Part shown: positions 26,373 through 39,874 of the stretch, piece after piece | Layout of the letters: each line of letters begins with the position of its first letter | Position numbering within the stretch: position 1 is the stretch's first letter | Assembly (NCBI RefSeq): GCF_009834535.1 | Contig: NC_045696.1 | Location: 97,404,001 to 97,468,000 of the forward strand | Direction: 5' to 3' | Source of the DNA: Camelus ferus | Taxonomy: Eukaryota | DNA length: 64,000 bases | The notes under the pieces: model-generated | What the model saw: the letters and a program-made list of their open reading frames with translations, nothing else | What the model was told of the DNA's origin: nothing | Databases searched by the model: none | Made by a program: the position numbers and the translations under genes

Positions 26373-26618
26373 CAGGGGGAAGGAAGTGGGAATAGATAAA
26401 CTGGAAGTTAGAGATTTGTAGATACTACTATATATAAAATAGCTAAACAACATCTTTATACTCTGTAGCACAGGGAACCATATTCAATATCTTGTAGTAA
26501 ACTATATTGAAAAAGAATATATGGATGTTCATGTAAGACTGAAGCATTATGCTGTACACCAGAAACTGACACTTTATAAACTGACTATACTTCAATTTTT
26601 TAAAAATAATAATAAAAA
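26373..26618 (+). mobile_element. 5'-truncated L1 3' end
   Basis: gtagcacagggaaccatattcaatatcttgtagtaa...gactatacttcaat plus A tail; imperfect TSD cagat(g/t)ctatc. Confidence 0.8.
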
Positions 26619-29477
26619 AACAGATTCTATCAATTTTTCTCAGCATATCATCACTGAGCATTTTTTAACCCAAAGCAGATACTCTTAAGGTAATATTATT
26701 GTAAAAGACCACCAATCATTCAGCATTCTTTGACGTTGCTATTTACCATGTGACGTTAAATTCTATTTCTTATTATTTTGTCTGTATCTTATAACATGTA
26801 TCAATATACCATAAATCATAAAACCTTTTAAAGTCAATTCAAATATGTAATTATTTCAGAGATATTAAAGGAACCTAAAGCAAAGGATTAAACAATAACA
26901 GGGAGAATACCATGACTTTTAAGTACAGAAATAAGAATCAAGTTACTAATTTCCATCTTTGAAACATGTAAAAGACCAGAGGACTAAAATATTTATCACT
27001 GATTGTGACATAGTTGTTTCTTTTTTACCCTGGTCCACATCTTATAACATTACTGTTCTCTTTCTCTTTCTCCCTTGGTGTGTCATCTTTCTATTTACTT
27101 GTTTTCCCTGCTTATAACCTAATTCTTTCCTACCATTATTCCTAGCGAGCAATTCCTTCCCTATTTCTCTACATTTATTTTCTCTTACTTATTTTTCCAT
27201 GCTTATTTCTTTATCTGACAGTTCTCTTTAAACAAGTTTATTTATTATAGCTTACTTAGCTATTTTCTTTTTCCCTTCCTGCTATTCCTTACCTACCCTT
27301 AAACCTTCCTCCATCCCAAACACATGCACACATTCACACTAGACTGGAAAGTCCACGTCTTGTTCACTGCAATGATCCAGCACAGAGTAGTGCCTGGCAC
27401 AAGATAGGGCCTCGGTGTATATGTATTGAATGATAAAACTAATAAACAGTATATCTTCATTTGAGATGAAACGTCTCTTCACTTCCATACCATTTATTTT
27501 GTTTGTATCTCTTTTCACACTTCATCCTGTAATACAGTTTCTGGTCCAGGTATTTCAGATGATTAACATCTTCCTTACTCATGGCAGTTCCCTTAAGGTC
27601 ACATTTAACACCGAATCTTCCAGAGACCTCTCATATTCCATTGCATGTACAAACCACCCAAGTAGGCTAACTAAATTAATTAAAATTTTCTAGAAAATGA
27701 AAAAACAAAAAACAAAAAGGTCTTCTAGATGCTGAAGCAAACTATTCCTAGATTGCAAATAAGAGAATTTTCAAGACTAATTCTTATCATTTCAAGCTTT
27801 CCCCAGATTCCTAAGAGTTTTCAAGTCTAGTTATCATTTCATTGTTATAAGACAATTTTTAATGACATCAATCTACAATAACCTATCTTGGTTATTCAGT
27901 CACTGTAAGTCCCTGAGCTAGGCCACTGGGCATATGAAGTGATTGAGACACTGTCCTGCCATCAGTAAGCTTCCAGTCTAATGGGGAAGGCTGACACTGA
28001 TATAATAAATGGAATCTAAAAAGATTCTATAGTTAAAGAATGTATGATGCAGTGGAAGAATAGGTCAACTTTCCTGGGGAGACCAAGAAGGCTTCTTCAA
28101 AGGACTGATTTGGGCTTTTGTTGATGTTGTTGCATTTTATTTCTAAATAAATACTGGAGTGGATGAGGGAAGGTGAACAAGACACCAAAACAGCATCAAC
28201 TACATCCTATATTAATACTTTATATCAGAAGACTGACAGCATAAGAAGATAGCTTTATGCTGTAACACTTGAAAAATACAAGGCAAAAAGAATTAGCTTT
28301 GCAATGAAACTCTTTGCCCTTCTTGTGTTTTCCGTGTTCTCAAATTTCTTATGGTTGGAACTCAGACTTAGACTGGGAATCAGAATAGAATTAATCAACA
28401 GGTTAACATTTACTGAGCACCTATCACGTGCCTTGCCTTCTGTGAAGTACTGCTAAGAATAAAAGGAAATTCAAGATAAGTGTTCTGTCCTAGGTCAAGA
28501 GGAAACAAGATTTACATACATGAAAAAAATGATCAGACATAATAGCATTAACCCAATAATATAATACTGGGAATTTCAGAGAAGACTCTTAGAATTAAGT
28601 TCCAGTAAAATGCTTACTCTGTAAGCTTGAGTAACGATGCTTAATATCTTTGTTCGTTTATTGAGGGGGTTTGAAATATTTTCCACCAACGCCAAGGGCA
28701 GTTGAAAGAGATAACAATGGTAAACTGTTCTAAATAACATAAAGGCAAAGACTAAAAGAAATACCAACTATATTGTGTTGTTTAGGGGCAGATTCCATTA
28801 TGCAGAGATGGGAAGGGAAAACCACAGAGTCTACACATTCATCTCCCTGGTGCAAGGGGGTATTGTTCTGTACCCCTGTTGTGGCAGGATTAGAAATACC
28901 ACCAGGGAGCAAGTACACAAAGTTGTTATGGAAACCAGAATGCTTCAGCACAGAGTTATTTACAGAGAACTTCCAGGATTATCACATTCAATAAAATCAA
29001 CTCTGCTTTGCTTCACTCTGTGCCAGTGCATCCCAATCAAATATCTAGTTGGAAGGGTCCTTCAGTAAGCTGCATTTGGCTGCATATGGATTCAGGAATC
29101 AGTGGATGGTGGTCACATCACTAAGTAAAATTTATATATGGCATTTTTGTATTACATGCTTGACACTAGTTCACACTCGCCTCAACTATTGTCAAGTTTG
29201 CTGGTTTCCGTAATATAGGAACAAGGTGGCTGTTGACTAATGCCATTGACAGAGAAACATTTCCTCCAATGTAGCTGCTGTCTGTGTTGCCTGATACCGC
29301 GGTACTGCAGCACTTCTCTCCACATTCTTTCTACTTGCCTTTAAGGCTAGATAGTGACAGCTGCCTCTGGCCAACATTTTTGTCTTTAATTGTGAATTGG
29401 GATTCTCTCAGCTATTGAACAAGATCTTTAAAAAAAGACTTTTCTTTCTTTCCTTTTTTTTTTTTTTTTTTGCAAAA

Positions 29478-29567
29478 ATGAGGATTTTCATAGCCTTTGA
29501 GGGATCTTTTGAACCATTTGATGTTTCAGCAGATGAAACTGTGGAGGCTGTCAAGCTAATGATAAAG
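29478..29567 (+). CDS. ANKUB1: ANKUB1 coding exon 1 (MRIFIAFEGSFEPFDVSADETVEAVKLMIK), N-terminal half of UBL domain 1
   Basis: aaaATGa start with A at -3; ubiquitin-like N-terminus; donor AAG|gtatgt at 29568, phase 0. Confidence 0.93.
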
Positions 29568-30247
29568 GTATGTACTTTGTCCCTGAGCCACGAAGATGTG
29601 TATTAATTTTAACTATGTGGTGAAGTTTAAACTGCATGTGGGGTGGAGATACTATTGGGTACATTTTCAGCAAACAGGGAACTAAAACTATTTGAAAGTA
29701 TCAATTTGCTTACAGTTGGTTAGAAGATATTAACTATGGAGGTGTTGGGAAAATTCTCAGAAAAAAAGTTTAACTTCTCTTTATTTTGTAGATTGTGCAC
29801 TGGCCAGATAGTATTATTGCAATTCTTCATAAAAGGACAAAAACAAGACACTAACTCTAGGCTATGTAAGTGGAGCGTGCCAGTTGTCAGATGGCTTGTT
29901 TGGTGAGCAAGCAACTATAGAAAACCAAAGGATTTTGGAGGTAGAGAGCAGTTTTGGGCTACAGCCTCATTTTGCATCTAGGGAAAACTGAAGCTCAGAG
30001 AGGTTGACCATTTAACCTAGGATCACAGAGCCAGAATAAGAAATAATTTGGGTGTAGTACTTTTCTTACTAATTTCTTGTAAATAGTCACTCTAAATGGG
30101 AAATTAAGACAAATATTTAGGTCCTGACCATCAAATGGTATTTAACTTGGAGATGATTATCCCCGTTTGCTAAGGAGCATTTACTGAATCACAGTTACAT
30201 GATATTCAGTAAATTAATACAGTCGCTGAAATCTAGATCTTCTAACA

Positions 30248-30737
30248 CAGAGGCTCTTAATCTTTATGTGTTGTAGATCCCTTAGCCGGTCTGGTGAAGC
30301 ATATGGACTCCTTCTCAGAATGTCTTTAAATGCATAAAGTAAAATAAATACCCCAAAAAGGAAACCAGTTATATTGCAATACAATTTTCAAACATTAAAA
30401 AACAAATTTGTGATAGAGTGACATAGGATTCCTTACTAACACATTAGCAAGTGTTTGCAGTGTATCTAATAACTATTACAATTTCTAAGGGTATCAGTAT
30501 AAATAATATTTTAAGATATCTGCAACAAGTACAATGTGATATGAAAATATCTGTGATTTCTATTAGTGACAAAGTCACCAGTACAGGTAACTACTGCTAC
30601 TTTAGTTTGTTGCCTACATACATAAGGAAAATCCAATGTTATTTGAAGTTAATAAAAACCAAATATAGTTTTTTCCCACCTAAATTCCACCCATAAACCT
30701 TCAGGGATGTCTAAAGACTCCAAGTTAAGAACCTCTA
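30248..30737. mobile_element. hAT-Charlie DNA transposon fossil (MER119-like)
   Basis: Degenerate terminal inverted repeats cagaggctcttaa / ttaagaacctcta around an AT-rich body. Confidence 0.7.
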
Positions 30738-30865
30738 ATACTTATTTCTTCTGTCCCAAGCAATTTAAAAATACTCAGTGGAAAATTGTAAAAGAAAAGA
30801 TAACACATTGCTGGTCTAGTAATATAGACATGTACCGTTTTCACAATATGCTATTGATTTTCAAG

Positions 30866-31009
30866 GATTTTTTCCACATTCCTCTGTCTGAAGACGAACA
30901 AGGCAGGCGGTATCTGGAGCTGATGTACGCTGGAGCAACCCTAAAGGACAGCTGGAGTCTTACTGATGTTGGAGTATCTTTTTGTTCAACTCTCAAATGT
31001 TTCGTTAAG
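30866..31009 (+). CDS. ANKUB1: ANKUB1 coding exon 2 ([48 protein letters not shown]), second half of UBL domain 1
   Basis: Acceptor ttttcaag|GAT; donor AAG|gtatga; [19 protein letters not shown] mirrors ubiquitin LIFAGKQLEDGRTLSDYNI; 144 nt, phase 0-0. Confidence 0.94.
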
Positions 31010-32054
31010 GTATGATGGTCAGAATAACATTTATCCAAGATGTCTACCTCATTTTGAATAAAGTTATGGCTAATTCAACCAAAGTAATTTCATAACTTAG
31101 GAAGCGGTTTTCTCTTCTTGCCTTTTCCTCTCTTCCACTTGTATAACTAGCCTTATGCACAATCTGTGCTGTAAGGGGAAATAAAGTGTGGAGACTGGTT
31201 AGAGTTCCTCTTGTTTACTCCTTCTCTCCTTCCCTCCACTGTTCCCCTGGTTACCTTCCCCAAAACAGCCATTACAGAGCAACCCACAAACCAACACGGG
31301 AACAAGGCCAAGGGGAAGATCTGCAATACTGATGTGGGAGAAAGAAGATTAGGTCACTTCCGTGGGTTTACAGTGGATCAGGGAAATGAGGAAAGAGAAG
31401 AAATTCTTAGTAACAACAGGATGAAGGGGTAGTTTCAACATTCAGATCCACCAGCATAGCCATTCATGAATTAGGCACATACAATGGAGATGGCTGTTTC
31501 CATTTATGGTGTCCTGAGTCAGTGGTGCTTAATTTGGGGTCCATGGCTAGGTTTTAAGAACAAAACCCTAAAATTGCAAAAACATGTGAAGTTATGTACC
31601 TAGAGACTTTCTGGGTGGAGGATTCTTAACTTTTGACAATTTCTTACAGAAAAAGGTGGCCTAAAGAGTATAAGAACTGCTCTTGAGGGTAGAAATATTA
31701 GTCAGTACCAGCTCTTTACCCCATATAAAAACATGAGCCCCAAGGAACTTAGTAAAGTACATATTCTCTGCTAAATGAGGCACTCATTTTCTTATATTTA
31801 GCATAAAAAAAGTTTATGGTAGCTAAAGTTAACTCTTTGTTTTCATATATTTCACTGATGGACAAAGTGGGAAGTCTATTTTTAAAAGAAATACTCTAAA
31901 ATATTTATTATTAAATAGTAAAGTCACAGAAAAATAAACATTGTATGATCCCATTCATGTAAATAAAAAGACCATATTTGTGTGTCTTTAATGTTTGATA
32001 AGCATTTATTCATGTATTTAATTTTTTAGTTTTTTTATTATGCATCTTTTGATA

Positions 32055-34375
32055 GATTTTTAAATTTTTTTATTATAGTAACATTGGTTTATAACACAAG
32101 TTTTATGTGTATAATATAACATTTCTACTTCTGTATACTCTACAGTGTGCTTCTCACTAGAAATTTAGTTTCAGTCTGTCACCATACAATTGACCCCTTT
32201 TACCCATTTTGCCCTCAGCCCCTCACCCCTTTCCCTTGCTAACCACTACTTGGTTCCCTGTAGCTATGTGTTTGCTTTGGTTTGGTTTGGTTGGTTCATT
32301 TATTTCGTTTTGTTTGGTTTTCATAGTCCACATATGTGAAATCATAAGGTATTTGTCTTTCTCAGTCTGACTTACTTCACTTAGCATAAAACCCTCTAGG
32401 TCCAACCATGTTGACACAAATGGCAAGATTTAATCTTTTTATGGCTAAGTAGTCCCATTGTGTGTGTGTGTGTATATATACACACACACATATATCTATA
32501 CATATCCATATTATGTGTACCTCATTTATAGCATACATATATATCTTCTTTATCCATGCATACGTTGATTGACATGGTTAGTTTGTTTCCATATCTTGGC
32601 TATGGTAAATGATGCTGAAATGAACATAGGGGTGCATATATCTTTCTGAATTAGTGTTTTTGAATCTTTGGATAAATACCCAGAAATGGGATAGCTGGAT
32701 AATATGGTAGGTCTCTTAACATTTTTAGGACTCTCCATACTGTTTTCCACAGTGGCAGCACCAATTTACATTCCCAGTAACAGTGTATGCACGTTCCTTT
32801 TTCTCCACATTCTTGCCAACACTTGTTATTTCTTATCTTTTTGATAATAGCTATTCTAACAGGAGTGAGGCAATATCTCATTGTGTTTTCGGTTTGCATT
32901 TCCCTAGTAATTAGTGATGTTGAAGATCTTTTCATGTGCCTGCTGGCAGTATGTATGTCTTATTTGGGAGAATGTCTATTTAGTCCCTCTGCCCATTTTT
33001 AAATCAAGTTGTTTGTTTTCTTTTACTGAGCTGTATAAGTTCTTTATGTATTTTGGATATTTAAGATTTGCAAATACTTTCCACTATTTCATAGGTTGCT
33101 TTTCATTCTGTTGATGATTTCCTTTGCTGTGCAGAAGCTTTTTAGTTTGATGTAGTCCCGTTTGTTTATTTTTCCCTTTGTTTCTCCTTCCTGAGGAGAC
33201 ACATTTAGAAAGATATTGCTAAGATTGATGTCAAAGAGCATGCTGCCTATGTTTCCTTCTTTTGAGTTTTATGGTTTCAGGTCTTACATTTAAGTCTTTA
33301 ACCTATTTTGTGCTGATTTTTGTGTATGGTATGAGATACTGGTCTAGTTTCTTTTGTTCTTCCTCTTCTTCTTCTTCTTTTTTTTTTTTTTTTTTGTTGT
33401 TTCATATGTGGCCGTCCAGTTTTTCCAACAGAATTTATTGAAGAGACTATTCTTCTTTTTTTCATGGAGGTATTGGTGATTGAATCCAGGACCTCGTGTA
33501 GGCTAAACACATGCTCTATGACTAAGCTATTACCACCCCCCTTGAAGAGACTGTTCTTTCTCTGTTGTATGTTCTGTGCTCCTTTGTTATAAATTAATAG
33601 TCCATATATGTATGAGTTCATTTTTCAGCTCTCGATTCTATTCCATTAATCTATATATCTGGGTTTTTTTTGCCTATATCATGCTGTTTTGATTACTATA
33701 GCTTTGTAATACAGTTTAAAATCAGAGCGTGTGATACCTTCAGCTCTGTTCTTTTTTTCTCAAAATTGCTTTGGCTATTCAGGGTCTTCTATGGTTTCAT
33801 GTAAGTTTTGGAATTTTTTTTTGTCTATTTCTGTGAAAAATGTCCTTGGAATTTTGATAGGGATTGCATTGACTCTGTAGATTGCTTTAGATAATATGAA
33901 CATTTTAACAATGTTGATTCTTCCAGTCAGTGGGCATGGACTCTCTTTCCATTTCTTTGTGTCTTCTTTGATTTCATTCAGGGTCTTACAGTTTTCAGTG
34001 TACAGGTCTTTCACTTCTTTGGTTAAATTTATTCCTAGGTACTTTATTCTTTTTGTAGTGATTATAAATGGGATTGTTTTCTTAATTTCACTTTACACTA
34101 GTTCATTTTGGTGTAAAGAAACACACAAATTTTTGAAAGTTGATTTCGTACCTGCATCTTTGTTTATTATTTCTAATAGTTTTTTGATAGAGTCTTTAGG
34201 GGTTTCTCTATGTAAAATTATGTCATCCACAAATAGTGACAGTTTTATGTTTTCCTTTCCAATTTGGATGCCTTTTATTTATTTTTTGCTTCATTGCTCT
34301 GGCTATTACTTCCAATACTACGTTGAGTAAGAGTGGCAAGTGTGGGCATCCTTGTCTTGTTCCTGATTTTAGGGG
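32055..34375 (-). mobile_element. LINE-1 3' portion (about 2.3 kb; ORF2 C-terminus and 3' UTR), antisense in ANKUB1 intron 2
   Basis: Minus-strand ORF fragments [42 protein letters not shown] and [20 protein letters not shown] are L1 ORF2p, broken by stops and frameshifts. Confidence 0.92.
33455..33541 (-). mobile_element. tRNA-derived SINE nested in the L1, TSD ttgaagagact(a/g)ttctt
   Basis: Antisense SINE head; 17-bp direct repeats at 33438-33454 and 33542-33558. Confidence 0.85.
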
Positions 34376-34589
34376 TATTATTTTTACATTCTTGAAAAAT
34401 ATCTAATTATCAAAAAAGGAAGTAAAAACAACTTTAATTTCCTCTGCTTTTCTCCCTCTGATACTCAGAAAATTATAGTATAATACTTTTCAAAGCATAC
34501 TAAATTCCATGTCATTTCTTAAATGTCTTTTATGTCTGTAAGTGTTTTATGTCTGTAAATTCCATGTCATTTCTTAAATGTCCTTTATG

Positions 34590-34750
34590 TCTATATATAT
34601 ATGTGTGTGTATGTGTGTACACATTTAAATATATACATATATATATTTATATATATTTTAAATATATTTAAGTAATATTACATATATTTATATATATATT
34701 TAAGTGTATATATATACACACACACACTTGTATATACATTTAAGAGTGTT

Positions 34751-34790
<40 letters not shown>
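34590..34790. repeat. Compound (TA)n/(TG)n/(CA)n microsatellite
   Basis: Seen directly; long TG run near 34755-34787. Confidence 0.9.
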
Positions 34791-37700
34791 ATGTGTTTTT
34801 GTTAGTATACAGACTAAATCCTCTAAAATTTCCTGGAATTCTTCAATGCTAATAATGATGTTCAAGACTTTTTTGTTATTTGCTTACTTGGAGAGAGAAG
34901 TGTAAGATCAATACTAATATTTGAACTGGCTGAAATAATCTAATTGAACCATAGCTATGCAGGGATGTAGATAAAGTTTGTTAAGAGTATGAATAGAATA
35001 CTTCTACTTAACTAAGCACTGACTTAATTTTTATTATTTAAAATTTAAATTTTTTTAACTAGGTAGTACATTCACATGGTGCTCAATTCAAATGATACAG
35101 AAAGATTTACATAAAAAGTCTCTCTCCTAACTCTGGCCCCCAGTTTCCCTCCACAGAGGCAATCTATGTTCATAGTTCTACTTATAAAAATATTTGATAA
35201 ATCCCATCAATTAAGCATCATCTATTACAGTGATGCAAGCTGCCTTTGCACTGAACTCTAATCTTTCCCTGGAGTTCTAACTGCTAAAGATAAGAATAGA
35301 ATGTAAAGGTAAAAGACTATTCAAGAGAACCTCGGCAGAATATAATTACAAGTCACAGGACTGGCCGACACCTAGAGTTTAATTAAAAACTAAAATTCCA
35401 TGGAACTCTTACTGATCTTAATTTTCACCTTCTCTGGTAGAATCATATTTAAAGAATTTCTTATCACTAGTTTTGGGCAGGAAAACAATATCTTGAATCT
35501 GAAGGAAGAGAATTACCTGCAAAAGCCATAATATTGGTTTCCATCCTAAGTTAGTTCCTGTTTAGATTAGATGATAAAACAGGCCTATTTCAAAAGTCTA
35601 CACTATTTACTGTGCATATATGATAACAGTCCCATCTGGGCTTATAACAACAAAAGTACCTTATGAAAATATCCCATGCTTCAAAGAATGAAGTCATACC
35701 AGCTCCATACTATTTGATCTATCTTAGGTAACCGAAGGCTGCCTCCTAAGTCATGCTATTGCTCTACTACATAATTAGATGTATACAAACTTAAGTAGTA
35801 CCTTGCCTATCTAACTATGTTATCCATGCAATTAGTTCCACATTCTGAGAATCTAGTAAAGCTAGAGTCTCTTAATTTATTTGATTCAACTTAGAAATAG
35901 CATGATATGAACCAAAAACTTGGCAAATAAGCACTATTTCTCTTTAAAAAGATGCAAGTGGATACTATATGTCACGAAATAAATCCCAAATGTTTGGTTT
36001 CTTTATTGTGTTTATATTTTTGTGTGGGTTACAAGATTTTGCTTGTGTAGAAAGAGGGAAAGACATTAGATAAGTTAAGAGGTGTTCTATTTTAAATAGT
36101 CAATAGGTTTTCCAGTTTCCCTGCTAATTACACCTTCTTCTTTAAATGTAATGTAGACATATTTGGAAAAGTGAATGAGGGGAATGACATAAGGACAGTG
36201 AGGAAAGAACACTGCTTTAATTTTTCCTTCTTTGGAAAAAAACTCCTGTAGAAACCATAGGAAATACTTTCTATGGCATGTATCTCTAAGTTCTATTAAC
36301 ACAGGTGTGAGTCTTGCCCACTCACTGCTGACGCTGTGGCCATGCTCCTGTAGACCATGGCGTGAAGCATTGTAAAGCCTGGATCACTGTCCAGCAGGCA
36401 GAGGTGCTACCACATTTACCTCCTTCATTCTAATCTGTATAATTGTGGAAACTATTGCTCAAGCTTTGTTCATTGTTGTCATCCAGTGCCTAGAATAGTA
36501 CTTGGCACATAGGCTCTCCATGGACATGTGTTGAAAAAATGAGTTGATAAAGCCTTGAGGGGTACCATATGAAAATTGACAAGAAGTTATACGATTGTCA
36601 TCAGAAACGTCACAGCGAGGTATTGAGATGCATTTCAGGATTCGGTTCCCTTGCTGCGGCGTCTCTCCTCCCCCTCTACCCTTGAGGCACGGCGACCCTG
36701 TCCTAGCACTTTTCCTTATCTAACATCAGGGTCCTTCGGCTGCAAGCAGCAGAAAAGAACCCTGGACAATTAAAGAAGAAAATGAATATCCAGCAAGGCT
36801 TTTTGTAGTTCACAGTCTTCACGGAAAGATTAGAGAATCAGGCTCAGAGATTAGGCAGCCAGAAATAATTTCTAAATCATGACCTACAACTAGTCCAGGA
36901 AGGCCACCACTGCAGCTGCCCTGGAGCCCTCAAAGGAGGCACTGGACGCAGCCACTAGCCCTGCTGCTGGGCCAGGAGTGCTTCAGATCTGCCATTGCCA
37001 GGGAAGAGTCCCTGCGTCTGCTGCTCCTCTTCCTTCCTGGCTCCTAATTCAAGGTGGAGGCAGATGGGGAGGCTTGATTAGGAGCACCCACGTCACACAT
37101 CCGGGTCATCCAGCAAAGGAGACTGAGAAGCAACCACCTGGCAGGCTGTGTTTTCTCCAGGGTGAGCGGGACTCAGTCTCTTTAACACTCCTGGTTTCCT
37201 TGCCTCCTATTAGCATACTTCTACCAACCCAGGGCTGCAGTTACAACTTATAATCCTTTCTGGCATCCTTGGAATGTTGTTTTACGGTGGGAGATTGTGT
37301 GATTTGTGGTACATTGGGTAGAAGTCTATCAGACAAATTGGAGAAGTTTGAACTATATGAGTAGGTCTAAAATTGATTCAAAATAATATACATTTCAGCT
37401 TTCAAAAGGCATTATTAATATATAAACTTGACTTCTAGGAGATACATAATATGCGAATTTAGATTTTAAACACAAAAACATGTATAAACTTGTTTCTTAA
37501 AAATGTGTAATTTATAAACTTACAAACAAAAACATGTTTCTATATAGAATGGCTATTTTTTTTTTAAAGATAACCTGTAAAGAATAGTAGATAAAGAATT
37601 TGGTGATGAAAGGTGTTTCAATTCAGTGCCCTAGACTCCAAGTATAACATCTCCAGGATAACTAACATACAAAAAGAGAAGTTTATGAGGTTAAGATATT

Positions 37701-38105
37701 GATGAAAACATCTCAACTTTAAGTCATTCAGTTCAACAAAAACAAACATAATTTCTCCTTTTGGTCTACTCGGGAATAATAGTTGGGTCAAGTTTTTGCT
37801 TATTTGATGCTGCAACTCCAAAATAGCAAATTATTTAAAAAAAAAAAACAGAACTTGAAAAAAGTGAAAAAAGTATAGCAGTGTTCAAAACTTGCATTAC
37901 CTTCTCTTCTGTTTCTCCTTAACTTTTCCTATTTTATTGTTAACGTACATGTATGTATTTACAGTGAGTTTGTATTTGTTTTCAAAGATAAAAGTGGAAT
38001 TATTCCCATGAAATAGATCTATACTTTTTTTAATTGAAAAGTAAGACATTTTGTTTGTACCTCCTACCATAGTGTCTTGGTTAGTTTGTAAAGGGGAAAA
38101 TAACA

Positions 38106-38171
38106 CAGAATATGAATAAACATTTGTCTCCATTCTAACTAGAATGGAGACAAATGTTTATTCATATTCTG
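38106..38171. repeat. Perfect inverted repeat (32-bp arms, 2-nt spacer)
   Basis: cagaatatgaataaacatttgtctccattcta-ac-tagaatggagacaaatgtttattcatattctg; arms checked base by base. Confidence 0.97.
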
Positions 38172-39874
38172 AGAAGCACCTTTTAAACTTATTTCTCTAA
38201 CATCAGTTAGTTAGCTGTTAGGAGTGACAGGTCTTTGCTGCTTTGTTTGCACATTATGCATTTGATTCTAAATATAAATTAGAACGCATACCAAGGACTA
38301 ACTTTAGGGAAATCAGAGTAATAAATATAATTTTTCTCTTTTCCTCACAATCCTTTTATTCATTTTTCATAGGAATTTCTTTTTGTCCACAAATATTATA
38401 CAGATCACACTGAGCAGATACTTGCCTTAATAGAGCCATAGGAAAACATGAGCATGGCGAACGGGAAAGAATGAATCTTATGTCCTTTCAATTTTTATCG
38501 AGCGGGTTTATGAGAAGCTGCTGAGAAAAATTGTTCTAAGCACTTTAGATTCAGTGAACAGCTCAGCTTCCTGATGGCTTTAAGCTCAGCGGAAGTGAGC
38601 CGGAAACTGGTCCCAGTGATTTGAGTTACTGAAAATGGACCCTAGATCAAAGCACTGCAGCCTAAACATTGATCAATAACACTGGTCATTAAAGGCTCTT
38701 TCAAAGAGATCTGCATGTTGATTACAGTATGGCAATGTGTTATCTGGAAGGCGGGGCGGGGGAGGGGAGAATTTAATGCATTATCAACCTGAAGCAGAGA
38801 AGGACCCCTGCAGAAACCCGAGATGAATTTGATGGGAGAAAGGGGGAGAGGGGCAGAGGGATGGCAAGGGAGCAGTGGCTGGCTGGAGACCCCTTGAGGA
38901 ACCTGTTTGCCCAGGGGCCACTTCTCAGTCTTCCTCAAGGTCCCTCAAGACTCCCACATTACCGTGAGCCCTCAATGGCAGCTCTGTATGCTCATATCTG
39001 CCAAGCAAATGGCTCACTGAAGAAAGACATGATTATCCTGAATCTGCTAAACAGGAAGTAAGGCCAGTTTCATTTTTTTGTTGTTGTTAGAAAAGAGAAA
39101 ATTTTAATAACCTTTTCCTCCTCACCCCCTTCCCATTCTCCCCATTTGCTGCATTTTTAGTTTTGGCTTGATTGATTTAGCTATTATTAACAGAAGGATT
39201 AATATTTTCCCAAACTTTCCCTCTTAACTCTATTTCAGACATCTCAGTTCCACTTGCTTTCCTAGTTAGATTCCAAAATAAAAGGAACAAAAGAAACTTT
39301 TTTCACTTATATGTAGGACTTCCCTTTTTAAATAGTAAAAGTGCATGTGGTTATTTAAAAAAAAAGTCAAATCATACAGACAAGGAAGAGCACGAAATGA
39401 TATGCAAAACTCCCCTCCCACCCTGAGCTCAGTTCCATTCCCTGGAGATAACCTCACAGAAAAGATTTTTTTAAGTTGACTGAAGGTTTAGAATCCACAG
39501 TGTTTCCAAGTCAAAGTGTAGCACGCTGGAGGAGTCGTTTCTAAACAAATACCTCGGAAAGCGCAGTGTGGATAGAAACGATCACCACTCTGCTTGTGTA
39601 TCTAGGTCGTAGACTAAGAAGGAAGAAGGGACTCAAAGCTCTGCCAAGTCTCCTTTACTTTTCTCAGACCAAGAGGACTCATAAATATCCAGGACAGAAG
39701 AGCAAGAATCAGACCAGAAGTCAGGAAACGTAACTGGCCTTTGCTTTCTTTCATCTTTAGCACCCATGTCGTGGGAGCTAGAGGCACTCAGAGCCACCCT
39801 CCAAGATGTCTGCCCCCTGTCCCAATCTCCAGACAGTGCTTATTCCTGAGTTCCCTCCTTTTCTCTCCCCTTAG

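Noticed and set aside
33896..34330. 144-aa hydrophobic + strand ORF
   Set aside because: Antisense reading of L1 ORF2, a common artefact.
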